The translations under genes and the position numbers were made by a program. Positions 1-6,821 of a stretch of DNA of 32,000 bases are shown here, one piece after another. The first letter of the stretch is position 1; the number at the start of each line of letters is the position of its first letter. The notes under the pieces are model-generated. The model saw only the letters and a program-made list of their open reading frames with translations. It had not been told where the DNA came from and searched no databases. The DNA comes from Candidatus Nitrospira inopinata (GTDB lineage Bacteria; Nitrospirota; Nitrospiria; Nitrospirales; Nitrospiraceae), in NCBI RefSeq assembly GCF_001458695.1, contig NZ_LN885086.1, positions 1,650,001 through 1,682,000 on the forward strand, given 5' to 3'.

Positions 1-1679
1 CAGTAGGACAGAACCTCGTGAATGAAATACCGTCCCGGCTCATCGGCCGGGTGGGCCTTGCCCGCGAACACCAATTGAACCGGGCGCCACCGATCCTGGA
101 GCAGGCACTTTAACCGGTCCAGATCCTGGAAAATCAATGTCGCCCGCTTATAAGTCGCGAACCGTCTGGCAAAGCCGATCGTCAGCGCCTCCGGGTCCAG
201 CAATGTTCCCCGGCTCAGCACCTGCGACGGCTCGAGTCGACCCTGGATCCAGCCGGCCCTGGCCCGTTCGCGGATAAAACTCATGAGTTTCCGCTTCATG
301 ATTTGACGGACGGTCCACAATTCGTGGTCCGGGACGTCCATGACGCGCTGCCACATGGCCGGATCGTCGCAACCGGTCGTCCAGGTCGGGCTGAGCCATT
401 TGCCGTATAACCGGTGCATCTCGGGAGCGACCCAGGTGGAGGCGTGAACGCCGTTGGTGATGCTGCGGATGGGAACGTGCTCGGCCGGCAGTCCCGGCCA
501 GAAGTGCCGCCACATTTCCCGCGTGACGCGCCCGTGCTCTCGGCTGACACCGTTGACGTGGGCCGACAGCCGCATGGCCAGGGCGGTCATATTGAAACCG
601 CGATCACGCGATTCCGGGGTCTCGCCGAGTCGAAGGAATTCCTCCCGCGAGAGGCCGAGCTGCTTCCAATAGCCCGCGAAATAGCGATCCATCAATTGAT
701 GAGGGAAGACGTCGTGCCCGGCCGGCACCGGCGTATGGGTCGTGAAGACGGTACGTTGCCGGACCAGCTCGTTGGCCTCGTCGTGAGACAGACCGCTTTG
801 CACGAATTCGCGCAACAGTTCCAACATCAGAAAGGCCGAATGGCCTTCGTTCGCGTGCCAGACCGAAGGCGTCATCCCCAATGCGCGCAGCATGCGCACG
901 CCTCCGATGCCCAGGAGAATTTCCTGACACAGTCGTATTTCCTGATCGCCGCCGTACAGCCGCGCCGACAGCGCGCGGTCTTCGGGGCTGTTGTCCGGCA
1001 CGTCCGTGTCGATCAGGAAGAGCGGCAGTCGTCCGACCAACAGCTTCCAGACCATGGAAGTGACGCGGCGTTCTCCCATTTCGACCGTAAAGCGGCAGAT
1101 CTCGCCGGACGGCGTACGAGCCGGATGAACGGGTGATTCGTCGCGAGCGAAGGGCGCATAGGTCGCTTCTTGCCATCCCTCCGGCGTGAGACGTTGACGG
1201 AAGTATCCCTGCGGGTACATGAATCCCACCCCGATGAGGGGTACGCCGAGATCGCTGGCTTCCTTGCAATGGTCCCCGGCCAAGATGCCGAGACCTCCGC
1301 TGTAGATCGGAACGGACGTATGGAGGCCGAATTCGGCGGAAAAATAAGCGATCGTCGCGCTCGTCATGTCCGGCTGATGGACGCCGCACCAACTCGTCTT
1401 GTCGGCCAGGTAATCATCGAACAAGCGGAACACCGCCGAATAACGGCGGAGAAACGAAGGGTCTTCCGCCAACTGGATCAACCGGTCCGGCTTCACCTCG
1501 GCCAGCAGTTTGACGGGATTGTGGTGCGTGTACAGCCACAGTGTTGGATCGATCGTTTCGAACAATTGGCGTGCCTCAAGGGTCCAGCTCCACCAGAGGT
1601 TCTGCGCCAGCTCGTTCAGACGACCGAGGTTCGGCGGCAGGCGGACAGGAAAACCGTTGGTCGAAGCTGAAGTCTCCAC
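1..1679 (-). CDS. glgP: alpha-glucan (glycogen/maltodextrin) phosphorylase, GT35 family; N-terminal ~559 codons, 3' end lies beyond the window edge
   Basis: Not in the ORF track because this minus-strand frame (codon first bases = 2 mod 3) has no stop before position 1. My hand translation from GTG at 1679 (SD AAGGAG = revcomp of 1685-1690, 5-nt spacing) gives VETSASTNGFPVRLPPNLGRLNELAQNLWWSWTLEARQLFETIDPTLWLYTHHNPVKLL...AYFSAEFGLHTSVPIYSGGLGILAGDHCKEASDLGVPLIGVGFMYPQGYFRQ...FARRFATYKRATLIF...LVFAGKAHPADEPG. These are hallmark motifs of the alpha-glucan phosphorylase family. The listed ORFs 414..1136(+), 604..1392(-) and 1170..1670(+) are Arg/Pro/Gly-rich shadows of this gene. Confidence 0.85.
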   Translation of the reverse strand, partial: METSASTNGFPVRLPPNLGRLNELAQNLWWSWTLEARQLFETIDPTLWLYTHHNPVKLLAEVKPDRLIQLAEDPSFLRRYSAVFRLFDDYLADKTSWCGVHQPDMTSATIAYFSAEFGLHTSVPIYSGGLGILAGDHCKEASDLGVPLIGVGFMYPQGYFRQRLTPEGWQEATYAPFARDESPVHPARTPSGEICRFTVEMGERRVTSMVWKLLVGRLPLFLIDTDVPDNSPEDRALSARLYGGDQEIRLCQEILLGIGGVRMLRALGMTPSVWHANEGHSAFLMLELLREFVQSGLSHDEANELVRQRTVFTTHTPVPAGHDVFPHQLMDRYFAGYWKQLGLSREEFLRLGETPESRDRGFNMTALAMRLSAHVNGVSREHGRVTREMWRHFWPGLPAEHVPIRSITNGVHASTWVAPEMHRLYGKWLSPTWTTGCDDPAMWQRVMDVPDHELWTVRQIMKRKLMSFIRERARAGWIQGRLEPSQVLSRGTLLDPEALTIGFARRFATYKRATLIFQDLDRLKCLLQDRWRPVQLVFAGKAHPADEPGRYFIHEVLSY

Positions 1680-1760
1680 GCTGGCTCCTTTGAAGTTGAG
1701 GTTAACAGTCAGGTCGTTCGTGGGGCGGCGAAGCCGGTTTCTCGCGCATGGGAAACGGCA

Positions 1761-2609
1761 TCAGGCGTGGCCGGCCCGTTGCGTCGATGCCCATTGCTCC
1801 GAGCATGCCACGGCGGCGCACCGTTCGCCAACGATTTTCGCGACTCGGTTCAGCAGGGTGGTGAGTTGCCGGAGTTCGTCGGGGGTCAGATCTTCCCGGA
1901 ATCGGGGGTGCAGTCCCCAACGGGTTTCGATGACGTCGCGGGATATGCTGGACACCATGCTGATCAGTTTGATGTCCCGGCCGGTGGTGCGTTGCCGGTC
2001 GGACTGGTCCGGCCGCTCCATCGGCTGCCCCGACGGTTCGGCGACCGGAGAGGAAGAGGTCGGCTGCGCCTGCCCCCGCAGAATCGCTTCCATCGCCGGG
2101 ACGACGGCGCCGGCGCAGAGCGCCGCCGCCGAGCCGAGTTTGGCGTTGCCCGGTACACCGAGGGCTTCCGCGATCTTCTCGCCGAAGTCGCGGAACATGT
2201 CGTTCTTGGTTTTGGATTCCTCCGTGACGAGGAAGGCATAAGGCTCATACGTTCGGCGGCTCTCGGCGACGGTCGTGCCGATGGTCAGCGCGATTTCCAT
2301 CTGATCGGTACGATCGCCGAATGCCGGGGCAAGCACGTCCTTGAGCCGCCCGGTGACGGCGTCCTCCAGGCCGTTCATGAAGTCCATCTGGTCCTTGATC
2401 GGGACGTGGAGCGCCGCGAGCCGGTCCGCCAGATTGAACATGATCTTGAGAAATTCCAGGTACAGACCCCATTCATTCTGGCGCTTGAGCGTCAGCGCCT
2501 GTTCCGGCGCGGTTTTCTTCATCATCGTGACCGACTCGCCGGCCACGGCGAGCATCAATTCGGCCAGTTGGCGGAGACGTTCACGGTAGGGAAAATCGGC
2601 GGCGGTCAT
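1761..2609 (-). CDS. hypothetical protein, 282 aa: helical N-domain, Ser/Pro/Gln-rich linker, small C-domain
   Basis: ORF-track entry with normal amino-acid composition. ATG at 2609 is preceded by AAGGAAA (revcomp of 2616-2622). Same orientation as glgP, 81 nt upstream of it. I recognise no family motif. Confidence 0.6.
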   Translation of the reverse strand: MTAADFPYRERLRQLAELMLAVAGESVTMMKKTAPEQALTLKRQNEWGLYLEFLKIMFNLADRLAALHVPIKDQMDFMNGLEDAVTGRLKDVLAPAFGDRTDQMEIALTIGTTVAESRRTYEPYAFLVTEESKTKNDMFRDFGEKIAEALGVPGNAKLGSAAALCAGAVVPAMEAILRGQAQPTSSSPVAEPSGQPMERPDQSDRQRTTGRDIKLISMVSSISRDVIETRWGLHPRFREDLTPDELRQLTTLLNRVAKIVGERCAAVACSEQWASTQRAGHA

Positions 2610-2856
2610 AAAATTTCCTTTTCCAAGCTCATGGCGCGATTATATCGGAGGCCGGCGCGGGGCGCAAAGTGGAAGGCGTGAATGGCTTTGAGTGGCGGCT
2701 GTCGACGAGCCGCAGACACGAAACACGTCCGGGGGATTGACGGGGCACGCGCTTACCATGACGCCCATGCCGGTGACGGCGGAATGAAACGGCGGGATGA
2801 GCGGCCGGCGTGCGCGCCTGACAATTGACGGCCGGACCGGTTTGCGGTTTGCCGGT

Positions 2857-2885
2857 TTGAACGAGCGTCGATCACCCTGTATAAA
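2857..2885 (+). promoter_or_regulatory. candidate sigma70-type promoter for the helicase gene (TTGAAC-17 nt-TATAAA)
   Basis: TTGAAC at 2857-2862, a 17-nt spacer, and TATAAA at 2880-2885, about 95 nt upstream of the ATG at 2981. The -35 overlaps a triple GGTTTG direct repeat (2838-2860). Confidence 0.35.
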
Positions 2886-2980
2886 AGAGAGCGGGACTGT
2901 GCTATACCACGGACCTCTCTAAAACGAAGCCGAACGAGTCGGTCATCCAACGAGTCATTCGCCGCGAGTCATTCGTCCCG

Positions 2981-5008
2981 ATGGAACGACAAGCCAAGCC
3001 CTACGTGTTGAAACGGTCAGCCGACCAGGCGCCGCCGCGCCGCCTGATGATCGATTACGCCGCCGCGCTCAATCCGCAGCAATTGGCGGCGGTGACGGCG
3101 GGCGGGGGGCCGGCGCTGGTGATCGCCGGCGCGGGGAGCGGCAAGACCCGCACGTTGGTCTATCGCGTGGCCTATCTGATCGATTCCGGCGTCGATCCGT
3201 CGAACATCCTCTTGCTTACTTTCACGCGCAAGTCGGCGCAGGAAATGTTGGAGCGTGCGGGCGAGTTGATCGGGGCCGGCACGCAGCGCGTGTGCGGCGG
3301 GACGTTCCACTCCGTCGCCAATATCCTCTTGCGTCGGTACGGCCGTTCGATCGGCGTGGAGCCGGGGTTCACGATTCTGGATCGCGGCGACGCGGAAGAT
3401 TTGATCGGGCTGTGCCGCACGCAGTTGGGCTTCAATGAAAAGGCTAAACGCTTCCCCCGCAAGGGGACGATCATGGAGCTGTTCAGCAAGAGCGAAAATA
3501 CGCTGAGGAGCTTGGAAGACGTCCTGCTGGAAGAGTTCAGCCATTTCTCCGACCATCTGGAGGACTTGGCCAAACTGCACCGGGCCTATCAGGCGGCCAA
3601 GCGGCAGAAACAATTGTTGGACTACGACGACCTGCTGGTGATGCTGCGGCGGGTGCTGGAGACCGATGAGGCGGCCCGGACGGCGATTTCGCGCCAGTAC
3701 CGGTACATTCTGGTGGATGAATATCAAGACACGAATCGGTTGCAGGCGGACGTGATCCGCCGGTTGGCCGCGACGCACGACAACGTGATGGTCGTTGGGG
3801 ACGATTCGCAGTCGATCTACGCGTTCCGGGGGGCGACGTTCAGAAACATCATGGAGTTTCCGGATCTCTTTCCAGGCGCCACGGTGTACAAGCTGGAGGA
3901 AAACTATCGCAGCACGCAGCCGATCTTGAATCTGGCGAACAGCATCATCGAGGAGGCGGCGGAGAAATACAGCAAGCGTTTGTTTACAAGGAAGCTCGAC
4001 GGCCCGTTGCCGGTGCTGGCGGAGGCGGCCGGCGAGAATGCGCAGTCGCGGTTCATCGCGCAGAAGATTCTCGAGCTGCGGGAGGAAGGGGTGCCGTTGA
4101 ACGAGGTGGCGGTGCTGTTTCGATCGAGCTTCCATTCCTTCGATTTGGAAATCGAGCTCTCCCGCGCCGGGCTGCCGTTCATCAAGCGAGGCGGCGTCAA
4201 GTTCATCGAGACGGCCCACGTCAAGGACGTGCTCGCGCACGTGCGGGTGGCCGCCAATCCGCTCGATCTGGTCAGTTGGCACCGGGCGCTCATGTTGGTG
4301 GAGGGTGTCGGGCCGAAGAAGGCTCAAGACCTGTTGTCGTTGATTGCGAAGGCCGATCGGCCTTTCGATGTGTTGCGCGCCGGGGCCGGCCGCTCCGCTC
4401 GCGCGCTCGCGACTCTCGCCGACACGTTGGATGGTTTGACGGGAGACGACCGTCGGTCGCCGGCGGAATCCATCGCCCACGTGTACGACTACTACCTGCC
4501 CATTCTGAAGGATCAGTACGACGACTATCCCAAGCGCATGCGGGATCTGGATCATCTCCATACGATTGCCGGGAACTATGCCGAGCTCGATGAGTTTTTG
4601 GCCGATCTGGCCTTGGAGCCGCCGGATGGGAGCGTCGTGGACGTGGAAGCGACGGAGCGCGACGACGAGCGACTCGTATTGTCCACGATCCATTCGGCCA
4701 AGGGGCTGGAATGGGACGCGGTCTTTGTGATCTGGGTGGTGGACGGTCGGTTTCCGTCGGCTTATTCGTTTCTGACCGACGAGGAACTGGAAGAAGAACG
4801 GCGGCTGTTCTATGTGGCCGTGACGCGCGCGAGACGGCATTTGTTCCTGACCTATCCGGTCAACGTATACGACAAGTCCAGCGGGATGGTGCTCTCGAAA
4901 CCGTCTCGTTTCCTCGATCCTGTCTCGCCCGAGCTTCTTGAGGTGCTTGCCTTGGTCGAAGAGGGGGGGCGAGAGGAGGAGTGGAGGACGTCGCGGTATT
5001 GGGATTGA
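2981..5008 (+). CDS. uvrD: ATP-dependent DNA helicase, SF1 UvrD/PcrA/Rep family (675 aa)
   Basis: Motifs read in the translation: Q-motif LNPQQLAAV, Walker A AGAGSGKT, Ia TFTRKSAQEM, II VDEYQDTN, III VGDDSQSIYAFRGA, VI VAVTRARRHLFLTY, and C-terminal PSRFL. No obvious SD at 2981, so the start is somewhat uncertain (an alternative in-frame ATG lies at 3047). Confidence 0.9.
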   Translation: MERQAKPYVLKRSADQAPPRRLMIDYAAALNPQQLAAVTAGGGPALVIAGAGSGKTRTLVYRVAYLIDSGVDPSNILLLTFTRKSAQEMLERAGELIGAGTQRVCGGTFHSVANILLRRYGRSIGVEPGFTILDRGDAEDLIGLCRTQLGFNEKAKRFPRKGTIMELFSKSENTLRSLEDVLLEEFSHFSDHLEDLAKLHRAYQAAKRQKQLLDYDDLLVMLRRVLETDEAARTAISRQYRYILVDEYQDTNRLQADVIRRLAATHDNVMVVGDDSQSIYAFRGATFRNIMEFPDLFPGATVYKLEENYRSTQPILNLANSIIEEAAEKYSKRLFTRKLDGPLPVLAEAAGENAQSRFIAQKILELREEGVPLNEVAVLFRSSFHSFDLEIELSRAGLPFIKRGGVKFIETAHVKDVLAHVRVAANPLDLVSWHRALMLVEGVGPKKAQDLLSLIAKADRPFDVLRAGAGRSARALATLADTLDGLTGDDRRSPAESIAHVYDYYLPILKDQYDDYPKRMRDLDHLHTIAGNYAELDEFLADLALEPPDGSVVDVEATERDDERLVLSTIHSAKGLEWDAVFVIWVVDGRFPSAYSFLTDEELEEERRLFYVAVTRARRHLFLTYPVNVYDKSSGMVLSKPSRFLDPVSPELLEVLALVEEGGREEEWRTSRYWD

Positions 5009-5010
5009 GC

Positions 5011-5985
5011 ATGCCGGGCTGCATGGGGAGGGACCGTCGCCGCGTGTCTGCCGCGTCACGGTCGTCGGTACTCTTTCAGCCCATTGTACGGCTCTCCGTC
5101 CTCTTGCGGTTCGGTCTCTTTTTGCTTGTTTTCGGGTGGGGGGAGTGGCCGGGCGGTTCTTGGGCGGGGGCCGTTTCCGCCGTCGGCGACGGCCGATCAG
5201 CCTCCGAGTCGACATGGAGCCGATTGATCGTCGAGGCGGATCGCCTTTATCTTCCCACCAAGTTTCTCAAGCGGATGCCGGCGGATTTCATTCGGTTCGA
5301 ATTCGACGATCTTCGGACCTATGCGGCGGAATACCATCCCGACGACCATCGGATGGTGCTCAATCGATCGCTGTCCTTCAACGCGGCCGGCGCCGTTCTG
5401 AAGCCGTTGCGCGCCATGACGCATCAAGAACTCCAGGTGCTGTACCACGAGCTCTTCCATGCCTACATGGATTATTTGACGACCCTTGAGGAACAAGGAG
5501 GAGAGGCAGGCGGAACGCCTGAACTATTGCGCTTTGCCAGGAGACAGCAGGCGTGCCGATATGGTGCAGCGACGATCGTACCGCTCGCGCAACGGCCGCA
5601 CGAGACCGAAGTCCGGTACTTGACGGAACCGGAATCCTGGGAGGCGCTGAATGAGACGTGGGCGGTTTTTATCGGATGGGCGATTTGGACGCAGCTCGAG
5701 ATACAAGGGAAACATCATGGCCGGACGGAACGTCAAAAAGAGCAATGGGCGGAACGTTTGAAGACCGCGTTCTCCCACGGAGAGTTTCGTGGATACTATG
5801 TGCCCCAAGATGCTGAAGAACGGCGGGTGGCTCAAAAGAGATTTCTCGGCAAACCGTCGCAACTTTCCTGGGGAGAAGTCGAGGTTCTAATGGCACAAGT
5901 ACTGGACTTTTCAGAAGAATTAGTCAAATGGCTGAAGCGATCTCAAAAAGTGTGGAGCGATGGCGAAACACCTGCTTCTTGTTGA
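5011..5985 (+). CDS. hypothetical protein with a signal-peptide/TM-like N-terminus and an HExxH motif (putative secreted or membrane-anchored metallopeptidase-like protein)
   Basis: ORF-track frame 4981..5985. Candidate starts are GTG 4981 (overlaps the helicase by 28 nt), ATG 5011 (3 nt after the helicase TGA at 5006-5008), ATG 5023 and GTG 5044. An Arg-rich n-region is followed by the hydrophobic stretch LSVLLRFGLFLLVFGW and an AVSA-like cleavage motif. HELFH is encoded at 5446-5460 (cac gag ctc ttc cat). No family was recognised beyond the motif. Confidence 0.6.
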   Translation: MPGCMGRDRRRVSAASRSSVLFQPIVRLSVLLRFGLFLLVFGWGEWPGGSWAGAVSAVGDGRSASESTWSRLIVEADRLYLPTKFLKRMPADFIRFEFDDLRTYAAEYHPDDHRMVLNRSLSFNAAGAVLKPLRAMTHQELQVLYHELFHAYMDYLTTLEEQGGEAGGTPELLRFARRQQACRYGAATIVPLAQRPHETEVRYLTEPESWEALNETWAVFIGWAIWTQLEIQGKHHGRTERQKEQWAERLKTAFSHGEFRGYYVPQDAEERRVAQKRFLGKPSQLSWGEVEVLMAQVLDFSEELVKWLKRSQKVWSDGETPASC

Positions 5986-6035
5986 GAATGGGAGCTAAAG
6001 GAGCAATAAAAAATCAAAGAAGAGCAGATCGTCTC

Positions 6036-6064
6036 TTGACATAGCCGCACTTCATCAATAGAAT
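6036..6064 (+). promoter_or_regulatory. strong sigma70-type promoter of the tRNA-tuf operon (TTGACA-17 nt-TAGAAT), preceded by an A-rich UP-like tract
   Basis: TTGACA at 6036-6041, a 17-nt spacer, and TAGAAT at 6059-6064. The A-rich stretch aataaaaaatcaaagaa lies at ~6005-6021. It is located in the AT-richest part of the window, upstream of three tRNAs and tuf. Confidence 0.6.
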
Positions 6065-6235
6065 CCAGCATTTCTTAATTGACCCATCCTGTCGCATCAG
6101 CGCTTCAATCTTTCTTTCGGATTGAAGGGAAGTGCGGGGAGGGGTTTGCTCTTGTTTCGCATCGGTGAATCGAGAGCCTATTCCCGATTGGTGATCGTCC
6201 TTTTTAAAAGAGGCGTCGTGGGGATGGCGTGTTGC

Positions 6236-6321
6236 GGGCAGGTACCCAAGTGGCCAAAGGGGGCAGACTGTAAATCTGCTGGCTTATGTCTTCCAAGGTT
6301 CGAATCCTTGCCTGCCCACCA
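6236..6321 (+). tRNA. tRNA-Tyr (anticodon GTA), type II with long variable arm, CCA encoded
   Basis: GGGCAGG acceptor pairs with CCTGCCC. Anticodon loop is CT-GTA-AA, T-arm is CAAGG-TTCGAAT-CCTTG, discriminator is A followed by CCA. Very close to the E. coli tyrT sequence as I remember it. Confidence 0.95.
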
Positions 6322-6418
6322 AGCCGCGCTTGCTCGTGCCGCTGCCTTTTGAACGTGCAGAGGATAAATGTTTCAAGTGTCTCGGGCTTTGAAGTGCTGG
6401 TGCGTTGAAGTCGCGGGG

Positions 6419-6493
6419 GCGGGCGTAGCTCAGTGGTAGAGTCCCAGCCTTCCAAGCTGGTTGTCGTGGGTTCAAATCCCATCGCCCGCTCCA
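6419..6493 (+). tRNA. tRNA-Gly (anticodon TCC), CCA encoded
   Basis: Acceptor GCGGGCG/CGCCCGC, D-arm GCTC-AGTGGTA-GAGT, anticodon stem CCAGC/GCTGG with loop CT-TCC-AA, T-arm GTGGG-TTCAAAT-CCCAT. Confidence 0.95.
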
Positions 6494-6600
6494 AAAAAGA
6501 CGCGAAGCGGCAACCGTGGAATGTCATGTGTGGGTCGCTCGGGGCTTGGGAAATCGGGTCTCGTATTGACGATGATGAGCGACGAATGACGATAAAGAGC

Positions 6601-6676
6601 GCCCACGTAGCTCAGTCGGTAGAGCACGTCCTTGGTAAGGACGAGGTCACGCGTTCGATCCGCGTCGTGGGCTCCA
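6601..6676 (+). tRNA. tRNA-Thr (anticodon GGT), CCA encoded
   Basis: Acceptor GCCCACG/CGTGGGC, D-arm GCTC-AGTCGGTA-GAGC, anticodon stem CGTCC/GGACG with loop TT-GGT-AA, T-arm ACGCG-TTCGATC-CGCGT. Confidence 0.95.
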
Positions 6677-6747
6677 CCGGATCGGGCGGACGTGGAGCCG
6701 GTAACAGAAGCGGACGGTTTCGGCGGCCGCAAGCGCTTCGCGTCAAT

Positions 6748-6771
6748 GAAACACTGTGCGAAACACTGTGC
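6748..6771 (+). repeat. perfect tandem duplication of a 12-mer (GAAACACTGTGC x2) in the tRNA-Thr/tuf spacer
   Basis: Read directly: 6748-6759 equals 6760-6771. Confidence 0.9.
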
Positions 6772-6821
6772 CCGGCGTCCTGATCAAATACGAAAGCGGA
6801 CAAAATTGGGGAGCTAGACAA

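Noticed and set aside
148-1670. Listed ORFs 148..513(-), 414..1136(+), 604..1392(-) and 1170..1670(+) at the left edge
   Set aside because: All overlap the unlisted minus-strand frame that encodes a clear alpha-glucan phosphorylase. Their translations are low-complexity and Arg-rich.
3017-5215. 732-aa ORF antisense to the UvrD-like helicase gene
   Set aside because: It is extremely Arg/Pro/Gly/His-rich with no recognisable motifs and overlaps a gene with a full helicase motif set. This is a typical stop-free antisense frame of a GC-rich gene.
2981-5985. The UvrD-like helicase plus adjacent unknown protein as a defence system (for example Gabija GajB-like or another helicase-based immunity system)
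   Set aside because: The helicase has the complete housekeeping UvrD/PcrA motif set and size. No partner nuclease or ATPase (OLD/TOPRIM, PLD and similar) is present. The neighbour looks exported rather than DNA-targeting. The surroundings are core genes, not an accessory island. I kept it only as a low-to-moderate curiosity.
6566-6596. TTGACG ... GATAAA as a possible internal promoter just before tRNA-Thr
   Set aside because: The spacer to the only acceptable -10 hexamer is 19 nt, and the implied start site would fall inside the mature tRNA (which starts at 6601). The nearby TGACGAT direct repeat is probably incidental.
6122-6821. Small ORFs overlapping the tRNA cluster (6122..6352, 6204..6527, 6433..6783, 6472..6732 and others)
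   Set aside because: They run through three well-folded tRNA genes and are not credible coding regions.
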